A DNA stretch of 64,000 nt from an uncultured Fibrobacteria bacterium (GTDB lineage Bacteria > Fibrobacterota > Fibrobacteria > UBA11236). The DNA lies in NCBI GenBank assembly GCA_963716395.1, contig OY970309.1, positions 2,048,001 to 2,112,000 of the forward strand. Reading direction: 5' to 3'. The translations under genes and the position numbers were made by a program. The notes under the pieces were generated by a model. That model had not been told where the DNA came from, did not search any database, and saw only the letters and a program-made list of their open reading frames with translations. The stretch's first letter is position 1, and every line of letters begins with the position of its first letter. Below are positions 1 to 10,700 of this stretch, piece after piece.

Positions 1-473
1 AACTGGTTTTCCAAGTCGCCCACCGTGCCGCCCACTTCGATCAGCAGCACGTCGGCGTTTTCGGTTTTGGCGATGTCGAAGAACCAGGCCTTGATGCTGT
101 CGGTGACATGCGGAATGAATTGCACGGTTTTGCCGAGATAGTCGCCGCGCCGCTCTTTGTCGAGAATATTCTTGAAAACCTTGCCCATGGTGAGGTTCCA
201 GGAGAACTTGGTGGTGATGTCCATGAAGCGTTCGTAATGGCCGAAATCCATGTCGACTTCGCCGCCGTCATCGAGCACGAATACCTCGCCGTGCTCCACC
301 GGATTCATGGTGCCGGGATCGGTGTTGAGATATCCGTCGCATTTCACCGGCACCACCTTGAGCCGCCCCGAAATCAGGTTGCCGATGGAGGCCGCCGCAA
401 TGCCCTTGCCCAGGCCCGACAGCACGCCGCCCGTGACCACGATGTATTTGCAGCCCGGCTTCCGGTTCTTCAT
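1..473 (-). CDS. pyrG: CTP synthase, N-terminal part (runs off the window start)
   Basis: Manual translation from ATG 473: [31 protein letters not shown]...[38 protein letters not shown]...[16 protein letters not shown]...[11 protein letters not shown]. Overlaps the kdsB stop. Confidence 0.95.
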   Translation of the reverse strand, partial: MKNRKPGCKYIVVTGGVLSGLGKGIAAASIGNLISGRLKVVPVKCDGYLNTDPGTMNPVEHGEVFVLDDGGEVDMDFGHYERFMDITTKFSWNLTMGKVFKNILDKERRGDYLGKTVQFIPHVTDSIKAWFFDIAKTENADVLLIEVGGTVGDLENQ

Positions 474-1198
474 GCCGCCGCTCCTGCGCCGATGGCCGCC
501 AAGAGCTCGGCCGCGATGAGGAGATCCGCGGGCACGTCCACCGGCGCGCCGGCGGGCGCCGCGTGGACGCAGACGGGGGCGAGATCGGGAGCGCGCAGCA
601 ATTCGTGGGATTCGGAGAGTTCCCGGGCCGAGGGAAAGCGCGCCGCGTAACGTCGGAGATACGCGGCCGAATATCCGTAGGCGCCGAGTTGCAGGCGGGA
701 AAGCGGGGCCGGATACATCGGTCTGACCCGGTAAACATCCACCAGGAAGCCCTCGGGATCGAGGGCGGCTTTGACCCGGTTCGGATTGGCCCGATCTTCC
801 GCCGACGGGGCACGGGAATCCACCAGGAGATGCACCCATTCCGGGTGATCTTGCAGGGCCGCGCACAGGCGGCGCAACCCTCCGGGGGGAAAGACCGGCT
901 CGTCGCCTTGCAGGTTCACGATCAAATCGGCGGAGAGGGCCGCGAGATTCCGGGCGATGCGTTCGGTGCCGTTGGCCGCAACGCCGCCCAGCACGCTGCG
1001 AAAACCGTATAAGTCCGCGATGGCGGCAATTTCAGGTGAATCGGTTACACATATCACATCGGAAAAGCAGCCGGCTTCCGCCGCGCGCTCCAGGGTATGG
1101 GCGATGAGGGGTTTGCCGTTCAGCGGATGCAGCAGTTTGCGCGGGAAACGCGTCGACTCCAGGCGGGCCGGAACCGCGCAGACAACATCGGGGCCCAT
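470..1198 (-). CDS. kdsB: 3-deoxy-manno-octulosonate cytidylyltransferase (CMP-Kdo synthetase)
   Basis: [30 protein letters not shown] and VDVPADL motifs; adjacent to pyrG. Confidence 0.88.
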   Translation of the reverse strand: MGPDVVCAVPARLESTRFPRKLLHPLNGKPLIAHTLERAAEAGCFSDVICVTDSPEIAAIADLYGFRSVLGGVAANGTERIARNLAALSADLIVNLQGDEPVFPPGGLRRLCAALQDHPEWVHLLVDSRAPSAEDRANPNRVKAALDPEGFLVDVYRVRPMYPAPLSRLQLGAYGYSAAYLRRYAARFPSARELSESHELLRAPDLAPVCVHAAPAGAPVDVPADLLIAAELLAAIGAGAAA

Positions 1199-1202
1199 GG
1201 AA

Positions 1203-1493
1203 TCAACCCCCGATTACCTTGGGAATGGAGAAATGCTCAAGATTGGTTTCCGGGGCGTTGCGCAGGGCCGCGGCTTTGGACAGCATGGGCTGTTCGACGT
1301 CGGGACGCAGCGGACGCGGGGCTTCGTCGACCGCCATCATCGGTTCCACGTTTTCGAGTTTCAGTTGCTTCAAGACGTCGAGGTACCCGAGCAATTGCTC
1401 CAGCGAACCGCGCATCCGCTCCAATTCCTCCGCCGAGAATTCCAGGCGGGACAGCTTGGCCATTTTCAGGATTTCGTCTTTTTCCACACGCAT
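1203..1493 (-). CDS. gatC: Asp-tRNA(Asn)/Glu-tRNA(Gln) amidotransferase subunit C
   Basis: 96 aa from ATG 1493: MAKLSRLEF...LRPD...ALRNAPETNLEHFSIPKVI. Confidence 0.92.
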   Translation of the reverse strand: MRVEKDEILKMAKLSRLEFSAEELERMRGSLEQLLGYLDVLKQLKLENVEPMMAVDEAPRPLRPDVEQPMLSKAAALRNAPETNLEHFSIPKVIGG

Positions 1494-1584
1494 GCACGCC
1501 TCCGTTACAAACGGGAGAATGCCGGTCCGGAATAGCTGAAAGCGGGATTCCGGGCCGGAATTCCCCTGTGCCCGGACTTCAAAG

Positions 1585-3864
1585 TTAATCCATGATCTCG
1601 AGCTTCGCGAATTTGAGCACGAGGGTGCGGCGTATGTGGTCTTCGAACAGTATATCGACCCGCGCCGATTCGCCCGTGCCTTCGGTGCGCAACACTTTGC
1701 CGATGCCGAATTTGGCATGGCGCACGCGCTGGCCGGGGTGGTGCTCCACTGCGTCTTGGTTCAAATCTTCGTAGCGGGGCATGGGGTCGGGTTCGGCCGG
1801 CCGGCGGCGGACGTCCATTGCGCCGAAGTGGGATTTGGGCGCGGTGTAGGTATGCGCGGTTTCGAGAAATTGTTTGTCGATCTCGCGCAAAAACCGCGAC
1901 CCAAAGGCGTCTTGATAGCCGCCGTAGCGCCGCCGGCGGCGCGCGTAGCTGAGCGACAGGTCGCGTTCGGCGCGCGTGGCGGCCACGTAGAAAAGCCGGC
2001 GCTCCTCTTCGGCGTCGCCGTCCTCATCATGCAGCAGGGGAAACAGACCCTCTTCCAAACCCGTGACGAACACACGGGGAAATTCCAGGCCTTTGGCGCT
2101 GTGCACGGTCATGAGCACCACGGCTTCCTGCTGCGCCTTGAGCGCATCGGAATCGGAGACAAGGGCGATTTCCTGCAAGAACCCTTCCAGCGGCGTGGCG
2201 GCTTGGGGTTCCCCGTCTTGCGGCTCGGATTCGCCCGCATTTTTCTCGGCCTGGCGCTCGGTGAAATCGGCCGCCGCCGACACCAACTCCTCGACGTTGG
2301 CCAAGCGGTCGAGCGCCTCGTCGGTGCCGTCGTCTTCGAACGCGGCTTTGACCCCCGAGCGCGCCAAGACCTGCGCTACGAGATCGGAAAGCGCCACCGC
2401 CGGATCGGCGGCGCGGGCGCGCATCTCGGCCAGCAGCGCGTGGAAATCTTTCATCTTGTGGGCCGCCGCGTTGGCCACCCCGGCTTCGGCGGCATGCGGC
2501 AGCGCTTCGGTCAGCGGCAGGCCGTGGGCCGAAGCGAAGTCCTGCAAGAGTTCCAGCGAGCGGTCGCCGATGCCGCGTTTGGGCGTGTGGATGGCACGCG
2601 TGAACGATACGTCGTCGCGCGGATTTACCAGCAGGCGCAGATAGGCGAGCAAATCCTTCACCTCTCTGCGTTCGTAAAAGCGGATGCCGCCCACGATGAG
2701 GTAGGGAATCTGTCGCCGCCGCAATTCGTCTTCGAGCACGCGCGACTGCGCGTTGGTGCGGTAGAACACCGCGGTTTCACCGGGGCGGAAGCGATCGTCG
2801 CTTTGCACGCGGCGCGCCACCCAGGCCGCTTCGGCGATTTCGTCGTCGAGTTCGACCAAGGTGATCTTGTCGCCGGGCGGATTGTCGGTCCACAAGGTTT
2901 TTTCCATGCGGTCGCGATTGCGGCGTATCACCGATCCCGCCACGGCGAGAATGTTGGCGGTGGAGCGGTAGTTGCGTTCGAGTTTGGTGACCTTGGCGTC
3001 GGGATAATCCTTGCGAAAGCTGAGAATGTTCTGGATGTCGGCGCCGCGCCAGCCATAGATGCTTTGATCATCGTCGCCCACCACCACCAGATTGCGGTGC
3101 GGCCCGAGCAACAGTTGAATCAGTTGATATTGCGCCTTGTTGGTGTCTTGATACTCGTCGATGAGCACGTAGCGGAACGAAGCTGCCACCACCTGCCGCA
3201 CTTCGGGAAAGCCTTTCAAAAGGCGGATGGAAAGGAAGATGAGATCGTCGAAATCCATGGCGTCCTGCTTTTGCAGATCGTCCTGGTAGCGACGATACAG
3301 GTCGACCATGCGTTCCTCGTAGCGATCGCCGGCCGCGCGCCGGCCGGCTTCTTCGGGGCCCATTCCCTGGTTTTTGCAGCGGCTGACGAAATGCCGCACC
3401 GCGTCCACCGAAAAGCGCGCGTCGTTTTCCAGATGTTCGGCCTGCAACAATTTTTTGAATTGGCGCTTTTGATCGTCGACGTCATAGATGGTGAAATGCG
3501 AGGTGTATTGCAATCGCTCGGCGTGGAAGCGCAGGAGACGCGCGCACACCGAGTGAAAAGTTCCCATCCAGCGCAAGGGCGCGTCGTAACCCAGCAGGCC
3601 GGCCACGCGCTCGCGCATTTCACGCGCCGCTTTGTTGGTGAAGGTTACGGCCAGGATTTCATGCGGCCGGTAGCGGTGTTCGCGCAAGAGGTGGGCGATT
3701 TTGTAGGTCAGCGCGCGCGTCTTGCCGCTGCCGGCCCCGGCCAGAATCAGTTGCGGGCCGGGCGTGTGCAGCACGGCTTCGAGCTGTTCGGGATTGAGAA
3801 GTTGGCGCAGGGCTTCGGCGTTTAATTCCGGAACGGAGGCATAATGCGCTTCAAGGGCTTCCAC
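1585..3864 (-). CDS. pcrA: UvrD/PcrA superfamily-1 DNA helicase
   Basis: AGAGSGKT, TFTNKAA, IDEYQDTN, VGDDDQSIYGWRGA, LERNYRST, TVHSAKGLEF and EERRLFYVA motifs, plus a C-terminal HAKFGIG domain. Start placed at in-frame GTG 3864 because the ORF-track TTG 3873 overlaps a TATCTT -10-like box. Confidence 0.96.
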   Translation of the reverse strand: MEALEAHYASVPELNAEALRQLLNPEQLEAVLHTPGPQLILAGAGSGKTRALTYKIAHLLREHRYRPHEILAVTFTNKAAREMRERVAGLLGYDAPLRWMGTFHSVCARLLRFHAERLQYTSHFTIYDVDDQKRQFKKLLQAEHLENDARFSVDAVRHFVSRCKNQGMGPEEAGRRAAGDRYEERMVDLYRRYQDDLQKQDAMDFDDLIFLSIRLLKGFPEVRQVVAASFRYVLIDEYQDTNKAQYQLIQLLLGPHRNLVVVGDDDQSIYGWRGADIQNILSFRKDYPDAKVTKLERNYRSTANILAVAGSVIRRNRDRMEKTLWTDNPPGDKITLVELDDEIAEAAWVARRVQSDDRFRPGETAVFYRTNAQSRVLEDELRRRQIPYLIVGGIRFYERREVKDLLAYLRLLVNPRDDVSFTRAIHTPKRGIGDRSLELLQDFASAHGLPLTEALPHAAEAGVANAAAHKMKDFHALLAEMRARAADPAVALSDLVAQVLARSGVKAAFEDDGTDEALDRLANVEELVSAAADFTERQAEKNAGESEPQDGEPQAATPLEGFLQEIALVSDSDALKAQQEAVVLMTVHSAKGLEFPRVFVTGLEEGLFPLLHDEDGDAEEERRLFYVAATRAERDLSLSYARRRRRYGGYQDAFGSRFLREIDKQFLETAHTYTAPKSHFGAMDVRRRPAEPDPMPRYEDLNQDAVEHHPGQRVRHAKFGIGKVLRTEGTGESARVDILFEDHIRRTLVLKFAKLEIMD

Positions 3865-3923
3865 CAAGGGCAAGATAAAAAGAGATGTCGTCCGTCGAAG
3901 GCGCAGAGTGCGCTGCGCTCGAT

Positions 3924-4035
3924 TGGTTCGACAGTCTCACCAACCTCGCGCCCTCGGCCGGTGAGCTTGGTTCCCGAGCCAGTCGAGGGATGTCGAACCG
4001 GTCGAAGCGGTTGAAAGGCATCACTCAGCGGCGGA
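3924..4035. repeat. REP-like palindromic module, copy 1 (nested)
   Basis: GGTTCGACAGTCTCACC...GGTGAGCT[TGGTTCCCGAGCCAGTCGAGGGA]TGTCGAACC-GGTCGAAG...GCGGCGGA; related to four other copies. Confidence 0.75.
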
Positions 4036-4246
4036 ATCACGGCGGTACCGGCCCGCACGACACGGGCACGGTTCTCATCCACCGGTGCAGTTATTTCTTC
4101 TCCCCTGCATGCAAAAGCACGCTCACCGGCGAGCGAAGATCCACGCCGCCGCTGTGGCCCGCAACCGCGGCAACGCGTTTTCAGCCCGCCTCAGACGCTA
4201 CGCGCACCGGAATGGTAACCTGGCTGATACATACACGGCTGGCAAC

Positions 4247-4501
4247 TTAGTACAGCTTGGGCCGCTGTATCGGTTCGCCCCCGAGGGCGACAATGAGGCC
4301 CCAGGCCAGCATGCCGGCGCCGAAGCCGATCACGCCGAAGGGCAAAAGGCGATGCAGCAACAAGCCCAGGCCGCAGCCCATCACGGTGCATCCCGGGATC
4401 ACCAGCAGAAACGCTGCGGTGCGCGGGCCTTGCCAAATCCAGTATTTGATCATTTCGGGATCCTTCCCGACGTCATACGGTTGGGCGGTTCGAGTCGTCA
4501 T
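4247..4501 (-). CDS. Small membrane protein with two predicted TM segments
   Basis: 84 aa with two hydrophobic segments; ATGA overlap with the PadR stop; GGA-type SD upstream. Confidence 0.65.
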   Translation of the reverse strand: MTTRTAQPYDVGKDPEMIKYWIWQGPRTAAFLLVIPGCTVMGCGLGLLLHRLLPFGVIGFGAGMLAWGLIVALGGEPIQRPKLY

Positions 4502-5157
4502 TTTATTTCCTTTCTCTCGGGAGTTTTCTTGATGACGGAATGAATCGATTGACGCTCCACCAAAATCGCGTGGCGGGCGTTTTTCCAGATGCGGGTCAGG
4601 CCGCCGGCGTCGCGCCGGAGATCGCGCAACAAGCGTTCGCAAAAGCGGCATTCGGCCCGGGTCATGGCTTCAAAGTATTCGCCTTCGATGGAAAACAAGC
4701 GCGGCAATTTCAGATCGCGCAGTTGCCGCCGCGCCTGCGCGCAGCCGGTGAGCGTCTCTTGCAACCGGCGGATTCGCGCGGCCAGCAGATCCACCACCTC
4801 TTCGGGAGAAAGCACGGGCATGAGGCTCAACGCGGCTTCGAATTGCGGGAACTCTTTGACCGGAAGTCCGAGCAGATCGCGCATCCAGGCCAGCATGAAG
4901 ACCTCGCCCTGCGGCGTGATTTTATACACGGTTTTTTCCGGGCGTTTGCCGTCGCGGCCCGTGCCCGCGGCGCGCACGTAGCCGTCGCGTTCGAGGGAGG
5001 AGATCACGGCGTACAGCGAGCCGTAATTGAGGCGGACGCTCTTTTCCTTGCCGCGCTCTTTCAGGGTGGCCGCCAATTCGTAGGGATGGCGGCTCTTTTC
5101 GAACAGGTGGGTGAGCACCGCCAACCCCAAGGGACTCACGGCGCGTTTTGATTCCAT
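4498..5157 (-). CDS. PadR-family transcriptional regulator
   Basis: LAVL..HPYEL..NYGSLYAVISSLERDGYV..RPEKTVYKITPQG winged helix plus a C-terminal helical domain. Confidence 0.9.
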   Translation of the reverse strand: MESKRAVSPLGLAVLTHLFEKSRHPYELAATLKERGKEKSVRLNYGSLYAVISSLERDGYVRAAGTGRDGKRPEKTVYKITPQGEVFMLAWMRDLLGLPVKEFPQFEAALSLMPVLSPEEVVDLLAARIRRLQETLTGCAQARRQLRDLKLPRLFSIEGEYFEAMTRAECRFCERLLRDLRRDAGGLTRIWKNARHAILVERQSIHSVIKKTPERKEIK

Positions 5158-5176
5158 TTATAATAATCCTTATCAA

Positions 5177-5194
5177 ATACTCTGAATAGAATAT
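5177..5194. promoter_or_regulatory. Putative PadR operator palindrome
   Basis: ATACTCT-GAAT-AGAATAT near-perfect inverted repeat in the AT-rich region just upstream of padR. Confidence 0.45.
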
Positions 5195-5257
5195 ATGATA
5201 CAAAATATGTGCCTGTTGGCCAAGGCCGGCGGCCTCGCCGTGTGGCCGGGAGCGAAC

Positions 5258-5334
5258 ATCAGGGAAAGCGATGGGGTGATAGCGGTAAAACGAAAGGGTT
5301 GAAGAGGAGCATGGGACGGAAACGGTATTCGCCT
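5258..5334 (+). mobile_element. Degenerate copy of the G-rich oriIS-like element
   Basis: ATCAGGGAAAGCGATGGGGTG...GAAGAGGAGCATGGGACGGAAACGGTATTCG aligns by eye to the 31859 and 36412 copies. Confidence 0.4.
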
Positions 5335-5370
5335 GGTTGTGCAAGGCGTCGGTGAATTACCCTTCCTGGC

Positions 5371-6312
5371 ATGATTGCCTTAAAACCAAAAATCCTCAGC
5401 CGCCAAACTGGGCTGCTTTTCTATGGCCTGACTCCGCCCAAGCTTCAAACCGATCCCGAAAAAATGGCCGCTATCGCAGCCAGGCATGCGGCGCGGCTGC
5501 GCCCCGAAACATTGGGCTTTGCCTTGGACGGCCTGGTGCTTTACGATTTGCAAGACGAGTCCGCACGCACCGATCAGCCCCGACCTTTCCCGTTTTTGCA
5601 GACCGTGCCGCCCGAAGCTTATGCGCGCGACTTTTTGCGCGATTTGCCCATTCCCAAAATCATTTACCAAGGGGTGGGCAAGCATAGCCCCGCGTCGCTG
5701 GAAGGTTGGCTGCGCCAGGCAGCGTCTGCGGCTGAGGCTGTCGTCTTTGTAGGTTCACCCTCCAAGCATCAGATCCAGAGCATGAACTTGCGCGAAGCCT
5801 ATGCCTGGAAGCAAGCGGTGGCACCGGATTGGACCTTGGGCGGCATTGCCATTCCCGAACGGCATGCGCGCAAAGGCGATGAGCATGAACGCGTTTTCGC
5901 CAAGATGCGGCAAGGTTGCCGCTTCTTCGTCACCCAATGCGTCTATAGCGTGGAGCCGGCCAAGGATTTTCTATCGGACTATGCCTATGGCGTCGAAGCG
6001 GCAGGCCTGAAACCCGTGCCGCTCATTTTCACCTTGACGCCTTGCGGTTCCACCAAGAGCTTGCAATTCATGGAGTGGCTGGGAATCGCCATTCCCCGCT
6101 GGCTCAAAAACGATTTGAACCATACTCGAGACATTATGCGCCAATCGTTGGACGCTTGCTTGGCCATCGCCAAGGAGTTGCAAGCCTTCGCCGCCGCCAA
6201 AGGCTTGCCCATCGGCTTCAATATCGAAAGCGTCGCTATCCGCAAAGAGGAAATAGAGGCCTCCATGGAATTAGTGGCGTCGGTGCGGCGATTGCAAACC
6301 GGCAGGGATTGA
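5371..6312 (+). CDS. Methylenetetrahydrofolate reductase-like protein
   Basis: YGLTPPK, DGLVLYDLQDE, RPFPF, GGIAIPERH, FFVTQCVY, PCGS..LQFMEWLGI and GFNIESV motifs. Confidence 0.8.
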   Translation: MIALKPKILSRQTGLLFYGLTPPKLQTDPEKMAAIAARHAARLRPETLGFALDGLVLYDLQDESARTDQPRPFPFLQTVPPEAYARDFLRDLPIPKIIYQGVGKHSPASLEGWLRQAASAAEAVVFVGSPSKHQIQSMNLREAYAWKQAVAPDWTLGGIAIPERHARKGDEHERVFAKMRQGCRFFVTQCVYSVEPAKDFLSDYAYGVEAAGLKPVPLIFTLTPCGSTKSLQFMEWLGIAIPRWLKNDLNHTRDIMRQSLDACLAIAKELQAFAAAKGLPIGFNIESVAIRKEEIEASMELVASVRRLQTGRD

Positions 6313-6399
6313 AGCCCGGCCGGGCCAGCATGGAGGCTTCGCCGGCCGTACCCTATATGTTACTACCGGCCTGCGACGCGCCTCTTCCGGCCTTCGTCG

Positions 6400-6715
6400 C
6401 TGCTCAGGTTGAGTGGTGCCGAGGCCATCCCGGAACCCAAAGGTTACCTATGCGCCCAGGTCGGCTCCTGCAACCTGCATGCCGCCCGCCGGTTCCGCGC
6501 AGGCGCGCCGCCCCCGAAGCCAACGCAAGGCCGGGGAAATGCCGTCCCGGTTTATCTTATGGCGAACTTTCCCTGTGGATGTGGTTTGTCCGCGCTGTGG
6601 CGGAAGGCCGCGGCGGATGGTTCTGGTAAAGACGAAGGAGCCGATAGCGGCCTTGCTCTCCTGCATGAATTTGCCGACGGGGCTGCCGAAGGCGGGGGAG
6701 TCGCCGTTATGCTTC
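6400..6715 (+). mobile_element. IS91-family (ISCR-like) transposase remnant, internally deleted
   Basis: PEPKGYLCAQVGSCNLHAARR followed by RTFPVDVVCPRCGGRPRRMVLVKTKEPIAALLSCMNLPTG, matching the typical IS91-family C-terminal CPxCGG region. Confidence 0.7.
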
Positions 6716-6725
6716 CATGGCGTCG

Positions 6726-7286
6726 CTACCTCCGCTCCAGAAACCCTCTTCCGGCCAGGACCGCCGGCATGGCTTTTTCGATGCGAGCGATCCGCGTCGC
6801 AGACTGCTTCGCGGCGCCGAAGTGATACAGATATCCCCTCTGGCGCCCGGGCGTCAGCGCCTCGAAGGCGCGCCGGAAGTGCGGATCTTTTCGGAACTTC
6901 TCCTTCAGTTCCTCAGGAACTGGAGGCACCGAGGTCCTCTTCGCGGCCTTCAATCCGGCCATCTCTGCCGCCATCGCCTCGCGCACATAGGTTTTGATCA
7001 TGGCCGTCTTCGCGACGATCTCCGTAACGCCGGCGAACTTCATCACCCGCCCCGCCTGAATCTGCCCGAGCCGCACCAGCACTTTATCCGGATCTTTCAA
7101 TAACGCGCCCTGAAAGAACCCGAGCGCGCGATCTTCTTTGAAGCCCTGAAGAATGACCACGTTCTTGCCATCGAGCGTATAGCAGGGCTTCCCCCACTTG
7201 CACTCTTCCTTCAGATCAAACTCCGCCAGGATTTTGCGCAACGCTGCGATCTCAGCCCGCCAACGTTCGCGATATGCCATCTCCAA
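6726..7286 (-). CDS. YdeI/OmpD-associated (DUF1801) family protein
   Basis: EECKWGKPCY, FFQGALLKDP and AFEALTPGRQRGY...AKQSATRIARIEK motifs. Confidence 0.88.
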   Translation of the reverse strand: MEMAYRERWRAEIAALRKILAEFDLKEECKWGKPCYTLDGKNVVILQGFKEDRALGFFQGALLKDPDKVLVRLGQIQAGRVMKFAGVTEIVAKTAMIKTYVREAMAAEMAGLKAAKRTSVPPVPEELKEKFRKDPHFRRAFEALTPGRQRGYLYHFGAAKQSATRIARIEKAMPAVLAGRGFLERR

Positions 7287-7585
7287 GCCGTACCTCCTCT
7301 GCGATGGAGAATTGTCAGGGGCGGAAGGCCGCCGCGCGCATACGGGTGAAGATCCACCGCATGCCCGCCGCCCGATATTTGCCCGCGAATTTCCTCACGG
7401 TTGCCGCCGGCCTCGAGTGAAAAAGAATCCTGTTTTGCCGGAACAGAACACCTCTCAAAACCTAGACAAAAGCCTTCGGATACCCACCGCGAGACCGTCT
7501 GCTTGATACCGCGGTCTGCGTCGCAGCCATCGGAACGGCTTCGTGGCCGTCCTCCAACGGCCTTCGCCGCCGCTCCGAGCGATGC

Positions 7586-7672
7586 TGAAATGAATGCGAT
7601 CTCGCGTGAATGGGCGACTTGAACTTGGGAGCTAGAGTTATTGTTGGAAAAGGGGTTTCGATGTACCATTGC
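7586..7672 (+). mobile_element. G-rich oriIS-like element copy
   Basis: Starts GAAATGAATGCGATCTCGCGTGAA and ends GGAAAAGGGGTTTCGATGTACCATTGC; both parts match the 34372 and 36352 copies. Confidence 0.5.
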
Positions 7673-7738
7673 GGCCGGGTATTCCCGCACGGCGCCGTTT
7701 CGGCGTCGATAAGAATCCGGATTCCTAAAGGGGCCAAC

Positions 7739-10700
7739 ATGCGGGTAATGGGATCGATTTTTTCCTGCGCGGTGTTATTAAGTATTGCCGAAGCGACCCA
7801 ATACACGGTGACGCCGGGTGCGGTGACGGCCACCGCGTCCCCCTTGCGCACGGGTCGCGTAACGGGAACCGTGCTTCCCATCTGGAATTCCCCGGCCATC
7901 TATGCGGAAATGAAACGCGGTTTGCAGGAGCAGGGATTCCGGTTGTTCCGTTTCCCCAACGGAAGTACCTCCAACCAATACCACTGGAACGGAGCGGGTT
8001 CCTATGACTCGGTTGGCATTTGGCACCCTTCTTCCGATTCCGTGGCGCCGGGTTTCACTTCCAATACCCTATACCGGGGCACCACCAAAAGCAATTACGG
8101 ATCGGTTTTCTATTCGAACCTGACCGATGGCGTCGATTCCACCCTTTGGTGGAGCGATCCGCTGGCCGCCTCCGACGCGTGGGTGGCCTTGGACCTCGTC
8201 AACGCCACGACGGTGGATTCGGTGCAAATCGTGTGGGGGACTTTGCGCCCTGACAGCGTGGCCGTCGGAGCCGTGACGACTTCGGGATGGAATGCCTATG
8301 GTTCTCCCGACGCGGCGTTTTCGCAGCGCGCCCTCGCGGCGGTAACGGGAGCCGTCACCACTTTGCATTTGGACCCGGGGTCCATGCGGTTTTTGGCCCT
8401 ACGCCCACTCGGCATCGGGGCGGACGGAGTGCAAATCGGGGAAATCCGCGCCTGGTCGAATGGAGTTTTGGTCACCTCGAATGTGGCTGATCAGGCCAAG
8501 CAAACCCAAGCCTGGGCGATGTCGGCGCATCCCGGAAACCAGCGGACCAACGATTACAGCGGTACGGGAACGCCCAATTGGACTTTCGCCCTGTTCATGA
8601 ATTACCTCGACTCGCTTCCGGGATCCGAGGCCATGATTTGTGTGAACTATGGCACCGGCACGCCGGAAGAAGCCGCCGCCTGGGTCCGTTACGCCAATAT
8701 CGATCAACACATGGGCATACGCTTTTGGCAGGTCGGCAATGAAATGAACGGGGATTGGGAAGAGGGCGGGCCGGTGACGGCGAAGGAATACGCCCGCAAA
8801 TTCCTGGCGTATGCCAAGGCCATGAAGGCCGTCGACCCTTCGATTTGGGTGCTGGGCCCCACGCTGTCCACCTATGATTTTTCCGGAACAGGCAGCGCCG
8901 ACCTGGATGGAAACACTTGGACCGAGGAGTTCTTGCGCTTGGTGGGCGGGGCGGAAGTGGCCGATGGTATGCGCTATCTCGACGGTTTCGATTTTCACGC
9001 TTACCCCTATTACACTACGGCCGCTCCGACGCCGGATGCCATGCTCGCCGCCCTGCGCGGTCTCGGACCCAATCTCGACACCTTGGCCGCCATGTTGTCT
9101 CGTAACCTACAGGATCCGGGCTCGCGGTGGATCTCCCTTTCGGAATTCAACGCCTCGGTGATCAGTATGGATCTCACCATGCGTCCCGAAAACTCCACCG
9201 GCATGGCCATGATGCTGGCGCAACTGGTGCAAAAATTCGGCGGACAGGCGATGTCGATTGACTGGGAATCCTACGGCGCCACGAGCGGAAATCCCGACGG
9301 TAGCGCGGGTGGTACCTACGGAACGCTTTCCCTGTTCGTGCCGCCGCGCTCCGACGCGGGTTCGTCCATCGACCTCGCGCCCAATGCGCCTTACTGGGGC
9401 AATTGGATGGTTTCCAAAGTTTGGGCCATCGATTCGGCGCAACCCTTGGCCACTACCGTAACCGGCGGAACCTTGTTGGAGTCGCATGCCCTGACCAATG
9501 GCGCGGACACCGCGTATCTGTTCCTGAACATGTCGGCCGTTCCCTGCACGACGACGGTGACGCCTACGTTGGCGCGGGGTTGGATTTATTCGTTCTCCTC
9601 GCAGCAATACAGTTGGAACGGTTCTACTTCGGAAGCTTACGCCGCGCCCAATTCCGGACCTTCGTCGCGGCCGGTTCCGGCTGCGTGGGACGGAAAGTTG
9701 ATCGTCCCGGGTTTCGGAATGACGGTGTTGCGGACCAACGCCTCCCTTCCCGCTCCTTCCGCCGACCAGGTGGTGCAATTGGCGGTGAACAACAAGAACC
9801 TGGAATTCGGCGACACCTTGCTGATCTCGGGGACGGTGATACGCGCGCCCGGCGCTCCGGCGCCGAAGGCGCAACTCGGCGACTCGGTCTTGGAACTCGC
9901 CGCCAGCGACGGCGCTTGGGATGGTCCGCAGGAAGCCTTCGTCGCGAGGATTCCCGTGGACAATTTGGGAGCAGGCATGCGCTGGCTGCGATTGGGAAAT
10001 TCCGATTCGATCCAAATCAACATTACCGGCAAAGCGCGACCTACAGTATGGATCGATCAATTCGAGGACCAAAACCCGGCTTCCGACCAGCCCTCCAAGG
10101 CGCCTTGGACGGCGTATGCCGCCGGAGGCCTGCCCTCCACCCTGACGCTTTCCTTTCCCGTTCGGGCGGGAATGGGTCACGCCATGCAAGCCGCCGCCAG
10201 TATGACCCAGCCGGTCGATCTCGGTTACACCGTTTATGTCGAGGCGGGCCTGAACCTCGACAGCAACCTGGTGGATTCGTCCATTGGCATCCAATTCGAT
10301 TATGCGAGTTGGCATTCCAACGGAGGAACCTTCAATCTCCAAATCGCCACCGACACGGTGAAGAACTACGACGATTACCTCATCGCCTTGCCGGCCACGG
10401 ATTCCGTTTGGCGCACGATGAAACTGAAGTGGAGCGCATTCCAGCAACAAGGTTGGGGCGGCGTCCTAACCGGGCCGCTGCTGGCCCGCCAAGTCAACCG
10501 GCTGAACTTCCGCGCCATCGGCGAAGGCAACGCCACGTTTTGGATCGACAATATCGCCCTGCTTTCGTCTTCCGGGGATTCGATATCGGGAATCCAACCT
10601 GGAAAAACTACGCGCGCCGCGTGGTCCATAACGCCGCATGGATCCCAATGGGCATTCAATTTGCCCGCCGGCGCCACCGTGCGCCTCGTTGGACTCAATG

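Noticed and set aside
268-813. ORF-track candidates over 41-813
   Set aside because: The real gene is pyrG in another minus frame, absent from the track because it runs off the window.
1636-3825. Long antisense ORFs (1636..3825+, 36604..38268-, 38342..40144-, 46495..48081+, 51433..52950-)
   Set aside because: Shadow ORFs opposite well-supported genes, expected at high GC3; no recognisable motifs.
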